Below are positions 8,354 through 11,077 of a stretch of 11,077 bases of DNA, piece by piece. The translations under genes and the position numbers were made by a program. The notes beneath the pieces were generated by a model. It made no database searches. It saw only the letters and a list, made by a program, of their open reading frames with translations, and was not told the origin of the DNA. The stretch comes from Octopus sinensis (taxonomy: Eukaryota): the NCBI RefSeq assembly GCF_006345805.1, contig NW_021827100.1:1-11077 (forward strand), in the 5' to 3' direction. Within the stretch, counting starts at the first letter, position 1. Each line of letters starts with the position of its first letter.

Positions 8354-8444
8354 GTATACATATGACGGGCTTCTTTCAGTTTCCATCCTGCAAATCAACT
8401 AACAAAGCTTTGGTCGCCGCGTGGCTATAGTAGAAGACGTAGCC
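8354..8444 (-). mobile_element. Old family-1 SINE, middle portion
   Basis: gacgggcttctttcagtttcc...aaagctttggtcgccgcgtggctatagtagaagac matches 7381-7456 and continues the copy at 7621-7830 across the LINE. Confidence 0.8.
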
Positions 8445-8478
8445 AATCTTTTTAATAACAAGATACATCATATATATA

Positions 8479-8896
8479 GTAAGGCGGCGAGCTGGCAGAA
8501 ACGTTAGCGCGCCGGGCGAAATGCTTAGCCGTATTTCGACTGTCGTTACGTTCTCAGTTCAAATTCCGCCGGGGTCGACTTTGCCTTTCATTCTTTCGGG
8601 GTCGATAAATTAAGTACCAGTTACGCACTGGGGTCGATGTAATCGACTTAATACCTATGTCTGTCCTTCTTTGTCCGCTCTGTGTTTAGCCCCTTGTGGG
8701 TAATAAAGAAATAGGTATTTCGTCTGTCGTTACGTTCTGAGTTCAAATTCCGCCGAGGTCGACTTTGCCTTTCATCCTTTCGGGGTCGATAAATTAAGTA
8801 CCAGTTTCGCACTGGGGGCGATGTAGTCGAATTAATCTCTATGTCCGTCCTTGTTTGTCCTCTCTATGTTTAGCCCCTTGTGGGTAGTAAAGAAAA
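8479..8896 (+). mobile_element. SINE family 2 with a head-to-tail duplicated 184-bp body
   Basis: tRNA-like head gtaaggcggcgagctggcagaaacgttag and B-box-like GTTCAAATTCC. Body unit 1 spans 8531-8714 and unit 2 spans 8715-~8895. Possible TSD ATATAGTA at 8474-8481 and 8897-8904. Confidence 0.85.
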
Positions 8897-9000
8897 ATAT
8901 AGTAGGAGACATTAGCCCAAGGCGTCACGTAGTAGGACTGAACATGGAACAATAAGGTTGATAAGCATACTTCTTACCACACAGATATGCCCGCGCCTAT
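8897..9000 (-). mobile_element. Old family-1 SINE, 5' (head) portion
   Basis: tatagtaggagacattagcccaaggcgtcacgtagtaggactgaac...cttaccacacagatatgcccgcgcctat is a diverged match to 7443-7545. Confidence 0.75.
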
Positions 9001-9056
9001 AAGCCACGCTCGCACCTATAGCCATGTCTGCGCCTATAAGCCACACTGTGCCTATA
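8993..9056. repeat. ~18-19 bp tandem repeat derived from the SINE 5' terminus, about 3.5 copies
   Basis: Units gcgcctataagccacgctc / gcacctatagccatgtct / gcgcctataagccacact / gtgcctata. Confidence 0.8.
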
Positions 9057-9100
9057 CATGTAAATTTTGTTTTACCCAAAAGTTAAGATCTTCAAGTAGC

Positions 9101-9163
9101 TAGGGTTAGGTTAGGGTTAGGGTTAGGGTTAGGCTTAGGGTTAGGGTTAGTCTTAGGGTTAGG
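9101..9163 (+). repeat. Interstitial telomeric sequence (TTAGGG)n, about 11 units
   Basis: TAGGG TTAGG (TTAGGG)3 TTAGGC (TTAGGG)2 TTAGTC TTAGGG TTAGG, flanked by AAGTAGC on both sides (9094-9100, 9164-9170). Confidence 0.92.
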
Positions 9164-9268
9164 AAGTAGCAAGCGCTGGTCCATATTAAATCCCCTGCAT
9201 CACAAACGACGACGCGAGACTTAGAAAATCTTTGTTATAATCCTTGTTGTTCTTGTTCTTCTTCTCAT

Positions 9269-9300
9269 TACTACTACTACTACTACTACTACTAGTAGTA

Positions 9301-9333
<33 letters not shown>
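9269..9333. repeat. Palindromic (TAC)n/(TAG)n microsatellite
   Basis: (TAC)8 switches to (TAG)n at CTAG 9292-9295. Confidence 0.92.
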
Positions 9334-9334
<1 letters not shown>

Positions 9335-9633
9335 CACTGTTATTACTGATCTTAAGTATCCACTAGCTTTCAATAGTCATTGAAGACTTTCCTCATAATC
9401 ACTGCTGTCCCTAAGAGGGAAATTCTCTGTAGAACCTCTACAGGGCATTCCATTCAAATATCCTTCAACCATTTTGTCTATATCTTAGCTTACAGTTCTC
9501 AATGCATCCGTTATTATCAGCGCAGACTTTACAGTTTTCATTTTCGAAATTCTTGCAATTTCTAATCGTGATTTTAATTTTTTTTGTTTTTCGCCATTGT
9601 TCTTTACGACCCAGGAGTCAAACGGACATAAAA

Positions 9634-9690
9634 AACAACAACAACAACAGCAATAATAATAATAATAATAATATAATAATAATAATAATA

Positions 9691-9721
<31 letters not shown>

Positions 9722-9785
9722 TATATTCTTATTATTATTATTATAATTATTATTTATAATCATCATTATGATCATTATTATATTA

Positions 9786-9830
<45 letters not shown>

Positions 9831-9846
9831 CATTATTATTATTATT
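9634..9846. repeat. Compound (CAA)n-(AAT)n-(ATT)n microsatellite with a strand switch
   Basis: (AAT)n switches to its reverse complement (ATT)n at AATT 9690-9693. Confidence 0.95.
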
Positions 9847-10380
9847 GAGTGAGAGAGCAGTACTTGCTGGAGTAAAATATACGAAACTGGAGTAAAATAT
9901 ACGAAACCCAGTATACCCATCATGAGTACCCATCTGATAAGGGTACACTAGGCATATGCATTACAACCATATGTGCCCGACATGGTGATCTCATATCATA
10001 ATAAACAGCGCATAACCTTGCAGGTGGAGCCAAATTTGAATTTTCTTCAGGTTGAGTAGCCCATCCCGCACATAAAGGCCCAAGAATAAAAGTTGTTTAA
10101 GGACGTTTAACGAAACACTCATGTTTCAAGAGGTGAATTTTTAAATCTTCCAAATAATTCCTCTCAAAACATGGCTATGATGTTCCCCCACTTCTTCTTC
10201 CCGTGCTCAGAGATGCACATATATATCGTCAGCTCCCAAGGGACATGTTCCATTGGTTAAGGTAAAACGACTATCAAGCAAATCTGTGGTACTCAGCAGA
10301 ATATTTACTGTAACCAATCTTTTTAATTACAAGACACATCATAGTAACACTTCCAATCAGTTAAGATCAGAACCCATGAC
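9847..10380. mobile_element. Unclassified non-coding interspersed element embedded in (ATT)n
   Basis: Sharp boundaries with (ATT)n on both sides, no ORF, several short hairpins and an internal perfect 20-bp tandem duplication (9867-9886/9887-9906). A 29-nt piece recurs at 8443-8471. I recall similar sequence as an abundant octopus repeat (unverified). If a retroposon, it is probably on the - strand with an (AAT)n tail. Confidence 0.55.
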
Positions 10381-10424
10381 ATTATTATTATTAGTAATAT
10401 TATTATAATTTAAATTTTTATTAT

Positions 10425-10607
10425 TAGAACGGTTTCGTCACTCGGCACGCACCTCGGACAAGTTCGTCTGACAGTATATCCGTGCCTATAGAGTTTATCT
10501 CGAACCGGTAGCGCCCTTCGAAAGCACAGCTAGACCAAGGGAATCTGGAAATTATCCATGAAAGTTCCCCACCGGAAAGTTCTCTGGATCATACCGGCCG
10601 GTTCGTT
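10425..10607 (-). pseudogene. Decayed L1/Tx1-type LINE ORF2 fragment (C-terminal zf-RVT-like zinc-binding region)
   Basis: One - frame reads NEPAGMIQRTFRWGTFMDNFQIPLV*LCFRRALPVRDKLYRHGYTVRRTCPRCVPSDETVL. This fits the established L1-group motif W...LP(T/V)RxxLxxxG...CPxC...ETxxH, with the stop at the expected Trp (TGG>TAG). Not in the ORF track because of the stop. Confidence 0.7.
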
Positions 10608-10706
10608 TTATATAAATACATACACACACACACACATATATATATACATATATGTACATACAGATATATGTTTATATATATATATATACAAATTATATGT
10701 ATATAT

Positions 10707-10739
<33 letters not shown>

Positions 10740-10984
10740 CAGACGCGCGTGCACTGAGAACTATCTCTATCTAGCCAACTTTGCAAATACATCGATATAT
10801 GATTGTCTGTGTATATATGTATGTGTATGTATGTGTATGAATGTATGTACATATATATGCGCTTCTACGAGTAAACATGCATACATATGCACTGGCAAAC
10901 ATAATTGCAATTACATATTCACGCATAACTACAGACATACGTTCCAAGGTAAATAGATTCGTATGTACAGACATCAGTGCATAC

Positions 10985-11040
<56 letters not shown>

Positions 11041-11045
11041 TATAC
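10608..11045. repeat. Compound (AT)n/(TG)n/(CA)n microsatellite region
   Basis: Direct inspection. Confidence 0.88.
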
Positions 11046-11077
11046 GTGAGTACATTGATTGCTGCCTCGTTGATAGC

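Noticed and set aside
8531-8896. CRISPR-like or retrozyme array
   Set aside because: Only two long units with no repeat-spacer structure, and no CUGANGA/GAAA hammerhead core with valid stems.
9428-9444. CTGTAGA-ACC-TCTACAG hairpin as a terminator
   Set aside because: Eukaryotic context, no U-tract, and a 7-bp stem is expected by chance in 11 kb.
9899-9950. Hammerhead-like core (GAAA ... CTGATAAG) in the unclassified element; also CTGATGA at 6482
   Set aside because: The core G8 is missing (CTGATAA), stem II does not pair beyond one base pair, and no cleavage-site stem could be built.
10558-11055. ORFs 10558..10956, 10589..10852 and 10771..11055
   Set aside because: Mostly (AT)n/(CA)n translation. 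The non-repetitive start of 10558..10956 is the antisense of the LINE fragment.

Overview
Repeat-dense, AT-rich eukaryotic DNA that looks intergenic or intronic. The tRNA-derived SINE families, (AT)n/(CA)n/(GTA)n/(AAT)n microsatellites and TTAGGG repeat suggest an octopus/coleoid cephalopod. That assignment is inference from my recall of such repeats, not a database result. I found no intact, recognisable host gene, rRNA, true tRNA or CRISPR array, and most track ORFs are microsatellite or low-complexity read-through. Supported content: (i) five copies of one tRNA-headed SINE family ('family 1'), some nested; (ii) two copies of a second SINE family, one with a tandem body duplication; (iii) one copy of a third tRNA-headed SINE; (iv) a 5'-truncated CR1-clade LINE with a perfect 10-bp target-site duplication (TSD); (v) a decayed L1/Tx1-type zinc-finger ORF2 fragment; (vi) an unclassified ~530-bp interspersed element; (vii) a 63-bp interstitial telomeric tract bracketed by a perfect 7-bp direct repeat. 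The most unusual signals are structural footprints of repair, replication or insertion: the TSD-flanked TTAGGG tract, a three-arm (forward/reverse/forward) fold-back at 4295-4621, a 62-nt GT..AG insert bounded by a 5-bp repeat ending in AG, and a 29-nt locally shared patch inside a nested SINE. A weak TRPA-like motif at 1046-1210 is also noted. I cannot claim a new biological system from this sequence alone.
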